Below are positions 1 to 14,757 of a DNA stretch of 64,000 bases, one piece after another (within the stretch, counting starts at the first letter, position 1; each line of letters starts with the position of its first letter). The notes beneath the pieces were generated by a model, which saw nothing but the letters and a program-made list of their open reading frames with translations, made no database searches and was not told the origin of the DNA. This stretch comes from Dictyostelium discoideum. Lineage: Eukaryota. Where the stretch lies: positions 3,936,001 to 4,000,000 of the forward strand of contig CM000154.2 in NCBI GenBank assembly GCA_000004695.1, written 5' to 3'. The translations under genes were made by a program, and so were the position numbers.

Positions 1-114
1 TATAATAAGATATTATGAGCTTAAAATAAAATAAAAAAAAAAAAAAAAAAAAAATAGAAAAACAATGACATAAATAGTTTTTTTAATCTTAATTTTTTAT
101 ATTTATTCCATTAC

Positions 115-167
<53 letters not shown>

Positions 168-241
168 TTTTTATTTTAATTTTTTATTATTATTATTATT
201 TTTTTATTATTATTATTATTTATTCTTTAAAATTTTAAAAA

Positions 242-659
242 ATGACGGATCAAATAAAATTTACGCCATCTGGATATGCAAATTGGCCACAGAACAATCA
301 ACCAAAGATGACCAATGATCAAGCTATGTCCATTTTTAAAAATATTAAATGGGCAAATAAAATAGAATCTGTAGATGATTATTTTGAACTAATGAATCTT
401 TCAAAAACTGATAAAAGAGTGAAAGAGGAAGATATAATCAAAGAATTTATATCATTATGTATCATTAATAAAATTAGAATTAAAACATGTTCAAATAATG
501 ATACTGAAAATCAAAGAATTCGTATATTGGAAGAATCATTAAAAGATATTCAATTATTTTTGCAATCCGATTTCAAAAGCTATACACCAAAACCTGTTGA
601 AATAATTGCAAAACAAACATCATATCAGACAAGCTCATCCCTATACACCAAAAAACTAA

Positions 660-705
<46 letters not shown>

Positions 706-1957
706 TTTGGAAACAAAAAATGTAGAATTGGAAATCAAACACCAAAAATTGGAAAGGAAATACCAAGAATTGGAAAGGAAATACCAAGAATTGGAAAGTA
801 AATACCAAGAATTGGAAACTGATAACAAAGAATTGGGATGTAAAAACCTAGAATTAAAAATCAAAAACCAAGAATTGGGAATTAATAACAAAGAATTGGA
901 AAATCAAAACCAAGAATTTGAAATCAAAATCCAAGAATTAGAAACCATAATCAATCAATACAAAAATGAAAATAGTGCCAAAGATATGGAAATAATTGAT
1001 ATTAATAAAAAGAAAGAAGAACTTGTAAGAGCCATAGAGAATGAGCTAGATGATATTAAAAAAAGGTATGTGGAACTTGAAAAGGTCAATAAAGAATCAA
1101 AAGAAAATTATGAAAAATCAATTTTTGGATTCCATGAAGCAAGAATTGAAGAAATCAATAAATTAGTAATAAAATATAATGATTCACAAAAACAATTGGG
1201 AGAGGAAAAAATGAATGTAACCTTTTTAAAAAAAAAGATTGAAACATTAAAAAATGAAAATGAAAAATTATCAACAAATTGTGATACCACCACCACCGCC
1301 ACCACCACACCATCATCATTATCATCTTCATCTTCATCTATATCCACATCACCATCACCCTCACCCTTACCATCGCCATCATCTAGTGTATGTATTCCTT
1401 CATTTGGATCAGTTCCTCAACAACAACAACAACAACAATTACAACAACAGCTTGAACTAAAATTACTACCATTGCAATCAAATGCATCATCAGCATCATC
1501 ACCACCATCACCACCACTATTACCACCACCACAACTACCAAATTTCACAGTGTACTTGACAGATGATAGTTTGATGGAAAAAATGTGTGAATTGTTTCAA
1601 AAAGCCTTAAAAGATTGTTTGGTTGAAAAATTACCAAGTGATCCTACAGAATTTAAAAAGAATTCTCTTATACTATTTATAAAGAATATTGGTGGTGCTA
1701 GAGCTGATGTTAATGTAGATACTGAAAAAATCAAAGCCTTAATAAACTCTTATGGTATAGTTAAAGATTCAAACTCAAAGTATCCAATTGTCTACACTGT
1801 ATGTGTTATGGGAAAAATTTCAAGTAACGTTTTCTCCAATGATATATGTGAATCAGTTTTAATAAATTACGTTTCACAAAGAAGAGGATTCAGTAAAACT
1901 TTAAACAAATCATCAATTCAAACAATTCAATCATTTATTAAAAAAGAAAAAAAATAA
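242..1957 (+). CDS. Coiled-coil protein of unknown function with a poly-Ser tract and KYQELE-type heptad repeats; apparently single exon.
   Basis: Uninterrupted 571-aa ORF from ATG. (TCA)15 encodes S16. Repeated ELERKYQELE units are typical of a coiled coil. The C-terminal ~150 aa are not low complexity. The antisense ORFs 625..891, 1108..1347 and 1155..1337 are repeat shadows. Confidence 0.55.
659..707. repeat. (TCA)n microsatellite encoding a poly-Ser tract, inside CDS 242..1957.
   Basis: Visible directly. Confidence 0.9.
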
Positions 1958-2192
1958 AAAAACCAACTTTTTTTTTTTTTTTTTGATTACCTTTTTTTTA
2001 ATTTTTATTTTTATTTTTATTTTTTTATTTTTTTTTTTTTTTATTTTTTTATAAATTTAATAATAATAATATTAATAATAATATTTATTTTTTTTTTATT
2101 GTAATTACTTTTAATTAAAATAAAAAAAAAAAAAATAATAATATTAATAAATGATCGTTAAACAGTTTGGGTGATCGTAAAAAAATCGAAAA

Positions 2193-2235
<43 letters not shown>

Positions 2236-2384
2236 CTCGAAGTCGCAACTTTTTTTTTTGAAAATTTTTTTTTTTTTTTTTTTTTTTCGAAACATGATAA
2301 AAACAAATCTTTGAATGGACTCTTTTTTTTCAATATTAAAAATAATTCTCGATTTCTAAGATTTGCCAAACATTATTGTAAAAC

Positions 2385-2415
<31 letters not shown>

Positions 2416-2584
2416 AAAAATAATTAAAAAAATAATTAACACAAAAGGCAAATAATTAATTATTTTTTTTTTATTTATTTTATTTTAAAAAAAATAAAAT
2501 AAAATAAAATAAAAAATAAAATAAAATAAAAAATAAAATTTTTTTTAAAAAAAAAAAAAACAAAATAAAAACAGAAAATAAAAA

Positions 2585-2804
2585 ATGTCGACAACACCAA
2601 ATTCGTCGCCAACTTCAAACATAAATACAGATACAGATATAGATACACAAAATACAAATACAAATACAAACACAAATACAGATATAGATACAAATACAAA
2701 CACAAATACAAATACAAATACAAATACAGATACAGATTCAATTGAAGCCACAACAACCCCAACACCAATACCAACACCGGCAGTAGTAACTACACCACCA
2801 CCAC

Positions 2805-2836
<32 letters not shown>

Positions 2837-4056
2837 ACACAAACATCAACATCAACAAGTAGTAATAGCGCAAATTCAGGTAATTTATTTATTAGTTTTT
2901 TACCAGCAACTTATACAAGTGATACATTACGTTCAATATTTTCAGCATTTGGAGAGATAGATAGTTGTAGAGTGATGGTAGATTTAAATACTGGATTAAG
3001 TAGAGGATTTGGTTTTGTAAAGTTTAAAGATGTTGCAAGTGCACAATATGCAATCAATTCAATGAATGGTGCAAAAGTTGAAAATAAAACACTTTTAGTT
3101 AGATTTGCAAACTCTGATCCAAATAGTAATAATACAAATAATAGTAATAATAATAATGATGATGATAATAATAATAATAATAATAATAATAATAGTAATA
3201 ATAATAATACCAATAATATAGATGAACAGAAAATAAGTAATAACGTTTTCATTAGAGGATTACCAATAGAATTTGATAAAAATCAATTATCAGAATTGTT
3301 TTCAGCATATGGTGAAGTTGTAGAATCAAAACTGTTAATTGATATCACTACAAATGCAAGTAGAGGTCAAGGTTTAGTTAGATATATCGATACACAATCT
3401 GCAATCAATGCTGTTAAATCCTTAAATGGTTTCATTTTACAAGATCCTGAAAAACCTTTAATCGTAAGATTCGCTGATAATGAGGATGAAAAGAAACAAA
3501 GTAAGTAATAATAATAATAAATAAACTTACCTATTAATTAATATTGATATTCAATGAATGAATTAATTAAAAAATCAAATCATTTATTTTAGAAAGACAA
3601 AAATTACAACAAAAACAAGTTAGACAAAATATGAGATTTTCACCATACCCACAACAACAACAACAACAGCAACAACAACAACAGCAAATGATGAATTCAT
3701 CAGGTGCAATGATGTATCCATTTTATCAAAATATGCCAACAATGAATAGTTTACCAAATTCAATGATTGGGTCTTCATCACAACCACCACCTGGTGGAAA
3801 GAATCCAGGAACTGATCCAACCAATTTATATGTTTACAATTTACCAAGTGATGCTGATGATTCACTTTTATATAGATTATTTTCACCTTGTGGCGCAATT
3901 GCAAGTGTTAAAATAGTTCGTGATCAAACCACTCAAGTTTGTAGAGGTTATGGTTTCGTTAGAATGGTTAGTTTGGCTGATTCCTATTCAGCTATTAATT
4001 CAATTAATGGTGTTCAAGTTGGTGGTAAAACAATTTCAGTTTCTTTTAAAAAATAA
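2585..4056 (+). CDS. RNA-binding protein with three RRM domains (ELAV/CELF-like architecture). Exon model: join(2585..3500,3593..4056).
   Basis: RNP-1 octamers are visible in three domains: RGFGFVKF, then SRGQGLVRY, then RGYGFVRM after the intron. GTAAGT donor at 3501. The AG acceptor at 3591-3592 restores the frame into ORF 3631..4056. Poly-T/N and poly-Q linkers separate the domains. Confidence 0.8.
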
Positions 4057-4128
4057 TATTAAAAACTAAATAATAAAAAAAATAAAAAAAAAATAAAAGA
4101 AATAACAAATAATTAAATAATTAAATAA

Positions 4129-4159
<31 letters not shown>

Positions 4160-4524
4160 AATAAAAATTAGAAAAAAAAAAAAAAAAAAAAAACTTAAAA
4201 TATTTATTTAAAAAATAAAAAAATAAAAAATAAAAAATAAAAAATAAAATAAAAAACTATATATATGTAGTTTTCTAATAAAATAAATAAAACTACATAT
4301 ATGTAGTTTTCTAATAAAATATTTTTAAAAAAAAAATTTTTTATTTATTTATTTATTTATTGAATAATTTCTATTGCTTTTAATTTTAAAGTTGTTGGTG
4401 TAATTTCGTTTTTAAGAATGAAGCTTTTTTTTTTTCCAAATAAATAAATAAATAAATAAAAAAGGGTTAGTATTTTTAAAATTAAATATACATATATATT
4501 TATATTTATATTAAAAATATATAT

Positions 4525-5058
4525 TTACCCAAAACTATACATTTGATTTGGATATATTATTTGATCTTCTTTAATTATTAAATCACCATTTGGGAATCTA
4601 TCAACATTCCAAAAAGATGTAATACCATCTTTTAAATATAAGTTACATTCTGTTGAAATTCTAACATTTTTTAATTTATTTTTTGAATTATTAATAAAGG
4701 TAACATCGTATTGATATGATTTTACACCATTTTCATGAGTATTTACTGATACTTGATGATATGAAATTGGAATTTCGGCAATTCCTTATTATTTTTTTTT
4801 AAAAAAAAAAAAAAAATTTTAATAAAATTAATATGGTTTTGTAATTTCTTTTAAAAATTAATTATTAAATAAAAAAAAAAAATAATAATTACATACTTGA
4901 ACAAGAATATTCTGTTGAATTTTGAATTACACAAGTTTGTTCAATATTGCAAACATTAGGAAATTCTATACAATTATTTGAAGCTGGTTGATTAATAGAT
5001 ACTTTCACAATAATTGAAATTATAACTACCACTAAAAAAGAATAAAATGTTTTTTTCA

Positions 5059-5059
<1 letters not shown>
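4525..5059 (-). CDS. Small secreted protein (~140 aa) with an N-terminal signal peptide. Exon model: join(4525..4784,4897..5059), minus strand.
   Basis: Minus-strand ATG at 5059 is followed by a hydrophobic leader, MKKTFYSFLVVVIISIIVKV. GTATGT donor at 4896..4891 and an AG acceptor ahead of 4784. The frame stays open to a TAA at 4525-4527. It is absent from the ORF track because each exon is shorter than 60 aa. Confidence 0.5.
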
Positions 5060-5090
<31 letters not shown>

Positions 5091-5496
5091 ATCTAATTTT
5101 TTTATTTTTTTAAGTTTTCCAATTTAATTTTATTTATAAATAAAAATGATGTATGTTTTTTAAATTATTAAATTTATTTTATCTTTTTTTTTTTTTTTTT
5201 TTTTTTTTATTTTTTTAAATGTTTTTTTTATTTTTTAAAATAAATATAAATAAATAAATAAATTAATAATATTAAGCTGGATAAATATGGATCGTAAAAA
5301 AGTTTTCTTAAATTATTTTAAAAAAAAAAAAATATCCACCCACCCAATTATTTTTTTAACCAAAGCAGGAAAAAAAATAAAAAAAATAAAAAAAATAATA
5401 TTTTATAAAATGTGTGTTAATCCAAATCTGTACTTTTAAATCTTTTTTTTTTTTTTTTTTGTGTTTGTCAGCAATCCAATTATATAATTCCCAATA

Positions 5497-5528
<32 letters not shown>

Positions 5529-6084
5529 AAATAAAATTTATTATTTCAATCGGATTAAAAAAAAAAAAAAACTAAACAATAATTATTATGTCATAACTAT
5601 TAAAAATATTATTTCCAAATAAAAAAAATAAAATAAAATAGATATCAAAGATCTTAAAAAAACTTATTTTGGTTATTTTTACCAAATATAATAATTTTTA
5701 TAATTATAATTTTTTAAAATTATTTTTTTTATTTATTTTTTTTTTTTTCCATTTACCGCTTAATAATTCATTTCTTAAAACCAAATCAATTTCCAATGAA
5801 CTTTTATCTATTTTTAATTCATATTTATTACTAAATAATGATTGAACTTTTTTTTTATTTAAACTTTTTTTTTTTTTTTTTTTTATATAATAAATATTTA
5901 TATAATAAAAAAAATAATAGAAAAAAAAAAAAATGGGAAAAATAAGTTATTTTAATACTGATTATCATATAATATAATATAAATAAAACTTTTTTTTTTT
6001 TTTTTTTTATTTTTCAATTTCTTTTTTTTTTTATTATATATTTTTTTTTTTTTTTTTATTTATCATTATTTTTTTTTTATTTAT

Positions 6085-6969
6085 TTATTTAATATAAGCA
6101 TAAAAACAATCATCAAAAATTAATTTAACAGTTTCATTATAATAATCTTCATCGAAATATTCTTGTAATTCATCTTTTGTTACCCATAAATAATCTTTAA
6201 CGATCTTTGGATTAATTTGGAAATCACCACCAAAGTAATGAGCTCTATAGAAGAATTCTTTAATGCCTTGTGCTTTAATTAATTCTTGAATATCATCATC
6301 AACATTATATTTATAAACACCACATGGTGCTTGTGATGGAATGAAATATTTCCAATTTGATCCTAAACTATCTCTTAATGATCTTTCTGCACACTATTTT
6401 TTTTAAAAAAAAAAAATAAAAAAAAAAAAATAAAAAAATAAAAAATTAATATATATTATTATATATTATTATTATTATTATTATATTATTAAACATACAT
6501 TTTTCATTGATTCACCATTAATCCAATTTGTTGAAGGGAATTGCCAATCATATCTTGAACCAGATTTATTAATGATGAGGTATAAAGATTTATCTAATTT
6601 TCTATCTAATGATTTTCTATCATTTTTGAGATCAGCTTCAGTTTCTCTTGGTTCTGGAGTATAGTTTGAGAAATCCTCTTCAAATTCATCTTGAAGGTTA
6701 TCTTCATTCTTTTCACGTTGTTGCTCTTTAAATTCTGGTAAATCCTCAACAATTGAAACGAAACGAATTGGATCCCTACGAACGATCTCTTGTAAACGTT
6801 CATAAGTTTCCATATAGGTTTTCTCAATTTCGTTTGGTAGTGGATTAAGTGATGGGAATCTTTCAATGATGACACCAGAGGTGTATTTGTATTGGTCTTG
6901 GTATTTTGGGTTGGATGCTTTTGGTGTATTCAAAGCACGTTCTTCAACTCTTTTTCTGGCGAATTCCAT
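6085..6969 (-). CDS. Mitochondrial ribosomal protein L46 (mL46, Nudix-like fold). Exon model: join(6085..6393,6499..6969), minus strand. The 5' end may lie further upstream.
   Basis: Family motifs as I recall them: EADLKNDRKSLDRKLDKSLYLI and a C-terminal YLWVTKDELQEYF. GTATGT donor at 6498..6493 and an AG acceptor at 6395/6394 keep phase 0. The frame stays open for another ~76 codons upstream of the ATG at 6969, out to about 7197. Confidence 0.65.
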
Positions 6970-7607
6970 ATTTCTTGCGATTGAGGGATCCTCTTTTTGG
7001 ATATCTGGATCTTGTAAATCAATGATTCTAGGTACTTTAAATTTCTCTAATAATTTCGATCCATTACTTCTTGAATCTTCTTTCTTTGAATTCTCAATTG
7101 CTCTCTTTTTTCTCTCTAATCTTTCTGCTTCTCTCTTATCTGAATGTGCAATAACTGCTGCAACTTTTGCCTCTTGTGTAGCAAATCCTCTTTTAAATAA
7201 TTTTACATTTATATTATTATTATTTAATAATAAATTTTTTGATGTTTTTACTATATTTATATATATTTTTAATTTAATTTGATTTGATTAAAATTGGTAA
7301 TTTCATTTGAAAAAAAAAAATAAAAAAATTAAAAAAATATAAGTATTTTTTTTTTTTTTTTTTTTTTAATAATTAAATTATATATACATATATGGTTTAA
7401 AATATATATATTTTTATAAAACCCCAAAAGGTTCCTTTTTTTTAATTTTCCCCCATTAATTTCCGTCCAAAAAAAAAAGTTAAAAAACCATTAAAAAACG
7501 GAAAAATTTTTTTTTTTTTTTTTTAATTTTTGGGGGTTTTTTAAAAAAAAAAAATTAAAAAATTAAAAATTAAAATTCCTTAAAATTTTCCTTGATTTTC
7601 CATAAAT

Positions 7608-7647
<40 letters not shown>

Positions 7648-7728
7648 ACTATTTTAATATTTTCATTTTTAAGATTTAACGGTTTTTACCTTTTTTTAAA
7701 ATCTTTTTTTTGGTTTTATATCTTTTGG

Positions 7729-7761
<33 letters not shown>

Positions 7762-8328
7762 AATAGTATATATTCGAGAAAAAAAAATATAAAAATAAAA
7801 AAAATAACTTAAACACATATATTTATTTTTATTTTTTTATTTTTATATTTTTTTATTTTATTTTTTTTTTTTTTTGTTTGGATCTGTTGGTGGGAGTGTG
7901 AGTTATTTATACTTTTTTATTTAAAATAATAAAAAAAAAAAAAAACAATTCCAACAACGACCCCTAATCATATTAATTTTTTTTTTATTTTTTTTATTTT
8001 TTGTATTTTTTTATATTTTTTCAAGAATTAATTATGTTAAATAAAAACAAATAACAATTGCTTTTTTTTAATTTTTTTTTTTTTTAATATTATTTTTTTA
8101 TTTTTTTTATCACAATAAATTTTTTACGTAATAAACCTTCCCCAAAATTGGTTTATTAAATTATTATTTTTTATTTTTTAATTTTATTTTGTTTTTTTTT
8201 TTATAATTTCAATTATTATTTTTATTTTTTTTTTTATTTTTATAAATTTAATATTACCATATTTAATATTTATATATTTGTATTTATATAATTAAAATTT
8301 TAAATAATAATTAAAATTATAATATTAA

Positions 8329-8691
8329 ATGAAATTTTTTAAAAATGTATCAATTATTTTAATTATATTAATTTTCAACTTAATTAATAATATAAATTCT
8401 ATTGAAATTAATAATAGTAGTAATAACAATAATAATAAAAATGAATTATTAGAATTATCATCAAATTCAAATAGCCAAGAGAATATGGTTGAAGTTAATT
8501 TATCAATAAAATCATTATCATCTGTTGATTTATCAAATAAAATAATTAATTTATATTCAAAATTACCAAGGTATTCATTCAATGGTATAAAAGTTGATAA
8601 TAATTTCTCACCAAAAAATAAAACATATATAGAGGTAATCATTTTAATTTTTAAAAATTAAAATTAATATTAATATTTATAATTTATTAAT

Positions 8692-8741
<50 letters not shown>

Positions 8742-10272
8742 GTCAATTATTTTAACAGGTTCACCATTTGAATTAATTATTATAATTACAATTTTTACAA
8801 GTTTAATTTGTTTATTAATTAAACTATCTATAAAAATTCATAAATGGAGAAAGAATAAATCAAATAATTCCTATCATCTTTTATTAGGAAATCCAAATAG
8901 TAAATACCATTATAAAAATAATAATTATAATAATAATAACAAATCATCAATTAAATATATATGTTCAACTGTTATTACTTTAATTTTATTGTTATCAGTT
9001 TGGTAAATATTTAATTTATTAAATTTTTTTATTTATTATAAAATATAAAATTAAAATTTTAACACTTTTATTTTTTTTTTTAAAAAAAAGCTCATTTTTA
9101 TTTATTTCAATATTTGTAAATAAAGATTTAGATCAATCAATAACAATATCAATTGATAATTTAGAATCACATCTTAAAAATAGAGTTGAAGTTGAAAATA
9201 GAATTGTTAAAGAATGTGAACCAATCACTTCAATACCATATGATGCAATGGAGATAGTATCAACTACCAAACAAATATTGAATGCTACCGAAGAGACAAA
9301 AGAGTATATACGTGAATATGAATATTACAGATACCAATTCATTTTCATATTGATTCTATCATTATTTGCTGTGATTTCATTAGGTTTATTATCAATTATA
9401 ATTCGATTAAAATGGGTATTGGCTTTGTTCTTCATTATTGGTATTTTCATTACATGTATTGGTGTTTGGATCGTACCTTCAACTCATGTACCAATGGGTG
9501 TAGTTATCTCTGATATCTGTCCAAACATGGATACAATCATTAACCAATATGCACCAGAATCAATTAATCCATACATTTATTTCTTTTTAAATTGTACAGG
9601 AAAGGATGACTTTAATTTCATCTATGGTATGTTGGATGATAAAATTGAATCCACTCAAAATTCCCTAGAAAGAGCTAAATCACGTCATTATTCAAATTCA
9701 ACTATCAGTAAAATTCAATCAAAATTAGATGACCTTGTTAATTTATCAAGAGATGCAAAAGATATTTTAAATTGTAAAATAACTCAAAATACTTTTAAAT
9801 CAACAAAAGATATAATTTGTATTGATATAATGTAATTATAAATTTAAATTTAATTATATATATATTTTAATAAATAATAATATACTAACTCTTTTTTTTT
9901 TTTTTTTTTTTTTTTTTATATAGAAATTCTTCATTCATTTTATCAATTTTATTTACTATAATTGGTTTATTATTATCAATTGCATTTATTACATCAATGG
10001 TAATTTATTCAAAACCTAAAAAACAAAATAGAAATAATTTTGACAGTAAGAAACAATTTGATTCTCCAAAAAAGACAAGAATGATTAAATCAAAAAATAT
10101 CAATATTAATGGTGCTAATGATGAGGATGATGATGATTTTGAAAGAGATGATTCTTTAACACCACTTTTATCATCATCAGAATCTTTATTAAATAGTTAC
10201 TATGATGATGATACTGTAGTTTCAAATATTTCTTCACCATTCTCTTCACCTTCAAATAGATATATAATTTAA
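8329..10272 (+). CDS. Multi-pass membrane protein: signal peptide, about five TM helices, Ser/Asp-rich cytoplasmic tail. Exon model: join(8329..8634,8743..9002,9091..9831,9924..10272).
   Basis: Three introns with GTAATC, GTAAAT and GTAATT donors and poly-T...AG acceptors. The chosen splice phases join ORFs 8329..8661, 9248..9835 and 9997..10272 into one frame. Hydrophobic segments include FELIIIITIFTSLICLLI, FIFILILSLFAVISLGLLSIII, VLALFFIIGIFITCIGVWIV and FILSILFTIIGLLLSIAFI. Confidence 0.6.
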
Positions 10273-10401
10273 TAGATAAAATAATAATAAATAAATTAAT
10301 TTAAACTTAAAATAAAAATAGTAATAAAATAATAAAAGTCGGTATTTATAGTTTTAATTTTTTTTTTTTTTTTATATTGTTTTAACTTTATGTGTATTTA
10401 T

Positions 10402-11228
<827 letters not shown>

Positions 11229-11467
11229 TATTTATGTATACAACGAAAACTGATAACAAACAAAAAAAACAAAACCTAAAAAAAAAAAAAAAAAATTGAA
11301 CCGAGGGAAAATTTTTTGTGTGGAATTTTTCAATTTTTTTTTTTTTTTCAAGATAACGAACAAATTTTCTATACTCGATTTTTTTTTTTATTTTTATTTT
11401 TTTTTTTTAATTAATTTTTTTTAATTTTGGTTTTTTTTTTTTTTTTTTAAATTTCAATGCCAAACTT

Positions 11468-11504
<37 letters not shown>

Positions 11505-11628
11505 CAATAAAAACTATTATTTATTTTCCTTTTTTATTATTATTATTATTATTGTTTTTTTTATTTTTATTTTTAAAATATCATATTTAATATCTCTAAA
11601 ATTTCAGTTTTTTATTTATTTTTTTTTA

Positions 11629-11664
<36 letters not shown>

Positions 11665-11752
11665 TGTTTTAATTGTATTCAAAAATAAATCATAAGTAAT
11701 CGATTGATTGTATTTCCAACACTTTATTATTATTATTATTATTTTTTTTTTT

Positions 11753-13178
11753 TTATGTTGGAGGAGCTTCCCAAAGTGGATTTGTACCTTGATGTGGTGA
11801 TGGTTCATATAATGGATTTACAGATGAGGTTGCCATCTGATTATTTTTCAAAGACATCCAATGATTATAACCAGCTTTAGCACCAAATAAAGCTAAACCA
11901 AGTGCAACGGCACCACCAACAACTACACCAGCAATTGCAGCACCACCAATAACACCTGCTTTTACAGCCACAGATTGACATCTGAATGGAAGTGGATCGA
12001 AATCTTTAAATGTACATTTTTTAGTTGAGTTATCACAAATACCATATTGACAATGAGGATCATCAGGTATACAAACTTTATCATATTGATTACAACCACC
12101 ATAACCTACATCACATTGAGCCACTAAACAAAATGCACTTGATGGACAGACTATTGGTGATTCAATACAACCTTTATTCGAATCACAACTTGCAACCATA
12201 CAAACTGAACTTGATTCACAAGTGATATTACTATGAACGCAGCCAATATCAACTTTACAAAAATCATTTGTACATTTATTTCCATCATCACAATTCTTTT
12301 TAGTGTGAATACATGTGCCATCCAATGAGCAACTATCGTCACTGCATATGTTATTGTCATTACAATTATCGGTGACAATGCATTTACCAGTGACCATATC
12401 ACATTGTGGTTTGTTACAAGCATCTTTAATCTCACAAACCACTGGTAAGTTTGAACATTTTCCAGTGGCTGGATCACAAATATCATTGGTACAGAGATTG
12501 CCATCATCACAATCCACCAATTTAATTTCATTACATGTGGAATTATCATAAGGATTACACTCTGTACGCACACAAAGATTACTTTCATCAGTGGCACAGA
12601 GTGTTTCATTACATGGTTGACAGTCTTTTACCCTATCGAAAAAGCATTCACCAGTGATACTTGAACAACTATCAATTGTACAATAATCCTTATCTGAGCA
12701 TTGTTTCTTTAAATGTGAACAACCATTACCTTCGATACAAGTACTAATTATACATTTATCTGGTATATCACATAACCTATTAACTGTGCAAGTACCATTT
12801 ACACATGGAAGTTCATAACATGTTGGATCAGAGAATGCCTCAGAGTAACATTTTTTTTCAACTTCATAACAACCTCCCAATTCTTCACTACAAACTTTCT
12901 TTTCACAACTATTAGTATATGCACATGGATCAACATTCTCTCTTGGTTCACAAGTTTTTGAAATTGCATTACATTCATAACTTGTACACATTGTATCCAA
13001 TAATGTACAATTTGGTTCTTTCATAATACAATTATATTTCCATTCTTTTGTACCAATATTTGGTGGTGGACATTCCCAACTACCACATGGTGATAAACTT
13101 CCAGTACATTGTGAAACATCACAACATTTTCCAGTACCTTCACAAACTCCACAATAATCTTTCCACTTTTTTCAAATT

Positions 13179-13220
<42 letters not shown>

Positions 13221-14272
13221 ATTTAATTAATTAAATACAAATATTATTATTATACTTACTTTGCATTCTAAATCAATACTTGTTGAAATATGAATATAAG
13301 ATTCAGTTGTATGTCTTTCACAATAAAAGAAATCAAAATTATAACTTTTACCTTTTATTAAACCAAGTTTATCAAGATCAACACTTGCTGATTCTGCTGT
13401 ATGTGGTGCACCCAAATCAATTACTAAATCATCATTAATAAATACCCTTAATTATTATTATTAAATTATTAATTAGTATAAAATAAAAATTAAATTAAAT
13501 AAATAATAACAACGACAACAACAACTTACCAAACATCATCATCACCTTTAAAATTAAATTCTTCACCACCAATATAAAAGAAAGAAGCATGCATTTCTAA
13601 ACAAAAATGGTAATTATGGGCAAATTTATCTTTTGACATATAATTTGGTTCATTAATTTTTTTACCTTTATAATTTGGATCTTTAAAACCTAAATCATCA
13701 ATTGGAAAGAATGATGGAGTTTCATAATAGAATACTCTTGGATCAGTTTGGTTTTGTTTAAATACTAATTTACTTAATACTGGTACATTTACACCTGGAA
13801 CATCATGAAACCAGCTATGAAATGTACTTTGATTATGAACTACGAAATTATATGCATCATTTGATGGAGCATGATTATCACCACAACAATAGACTGGTGA
13901 TCTATCACTATGATTAAGTTTAGATTTTACAATTCCTTTAACTAATGTATTATTATTTTTAATTTCAAAATCTGGATTTGTCATTGGTGATAAATCCCTA
14001 ATTGTAACTGGGAATATTTTATCATCACCTTTTTTTTTTAAAAAAAAAAAATTAAAATTTTAAAATTAGTTTAATTTATTTTTATTTTTTTAGATATTAT
14101 TATTTTAAAGTAAATCTTTAAAAAAAAAAAAAAAAAAAAAATATATATATCTTTTTTTTTATTATATTATTGTTATAAAAAATTTATTAGATTTAAAAAT
14201 TTAAACATTACCATTTAAAAAAGATATAAATAAGCTAAAAAGGATTAATCCTTTTAATAGATTGGATACCAT
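11753..14272 (-). CDS. PA14-domain, Cys-rich type-I membrane protein of the psi (PA14/PsiA) family. Exon model: join(11753..13165,13260..13446,13530..14028,14212..14272), minus strand, ~719 aa.
   Basis: Exon 1 encodes the signal peptide MVSNLLKGLILFSLFISFLN. Exons 2 and 3 encode the PA14 core GDDDVW/VFINDDLVIDLGAPH...SYNFDFFYCERH. Exon 4 encodes about 45 CX(n)C EGF-like repeats, a TM helix (GVIGGAAIAGVVVGGAVALGLALFGA) and a short cytoplasmic tail. Three GTAAGT/GTAATG donors. Total length 2160 nt, in frame. Confidence 0.8.
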
Positions 14273-14717
14273 CTTTTCTTTTTTTTTTTTATTTTTTATT
14301 TTTTTTTTTTTTATCTTTTTATAGTTTTTTTTTTTTTTTTTTTTTATTGTTATTTTTTAATTTTATGAAAAGGGTATAATTTTTTTAATTTTTATTTAAA
14401 ATATTTTATTTTAATATATTTAATTTGTTGGTGAGTATGTATATATTTATATTATTTTAAACAAATAATAAATAATTTTAAATAAATCAGCTTTTTATTT
14501 GATATTTTTATTTTTTCCTTTTTTTAATATTTATTTTTATTCTTATTTTTTTTATTTTATTTTTATTATTTTTAAATAATGTACATATATATATATTTTG
14601 AAAATTTATGTATATATAATTATATAAATAAGGGTATATTTATTTAATCAAATAAAATAAAAATCGTATTTATAAATTACCATTTTGTGTGATTGTTAAT
14701 GTTGCTATTTTTAATTT

Positions 14718-14757
14718 TGGGGGTTACTTTGGTGTGGGATGTGTGGTGAATGTGGTT
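14718..14757. promoter_or_regulatory. Cluster of G-box / CA-rich-element motifs (GGGGG, GGTGTGGG, GTGTGG, TGTGG), about 450 bp upstream of the minus-strand psi-family gene.
   Basis: A G/T-rich island, ttgggggttactttggtgtgggatgtgtggtgaatgtgg, sits in otherwise A/T-only intergenic DNA. It resembles the GBF-bound G-boxes/CAEs of Dictyostelium post-aggregative promoters. This is an inference only. Confidence 0.3.

Noticed and set aside
2115-2777. ORFs 2115..2369(-), 2167..2427(+), 2475..2777(-) and 2545..2751(-), encoding poly-F, poly-K or (LY)n peptides.
   Set aside because: They are translations of poly-A/poly-T tracts and an (aaaataaaat)n-type simple repeat in the 5' intergenic region. They have no complexity and no start context.
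6866-7282. ORF 6866..7282(+), 138 aa.
   Set aside because: It is antisense to the mL46 5' coding region and extension and is hydrophobic low-complexity. The minus-strand frame has clear family homology.
12025-12609. ORFs 12025..12225(+), 12151..12609(-) and 12315..12551(+), nested in the psi-family gene.
   Set aside because: They are alternative frames or antisense of the Cys-rich repeat exon. The repeat structure keeps several frames open by chance.
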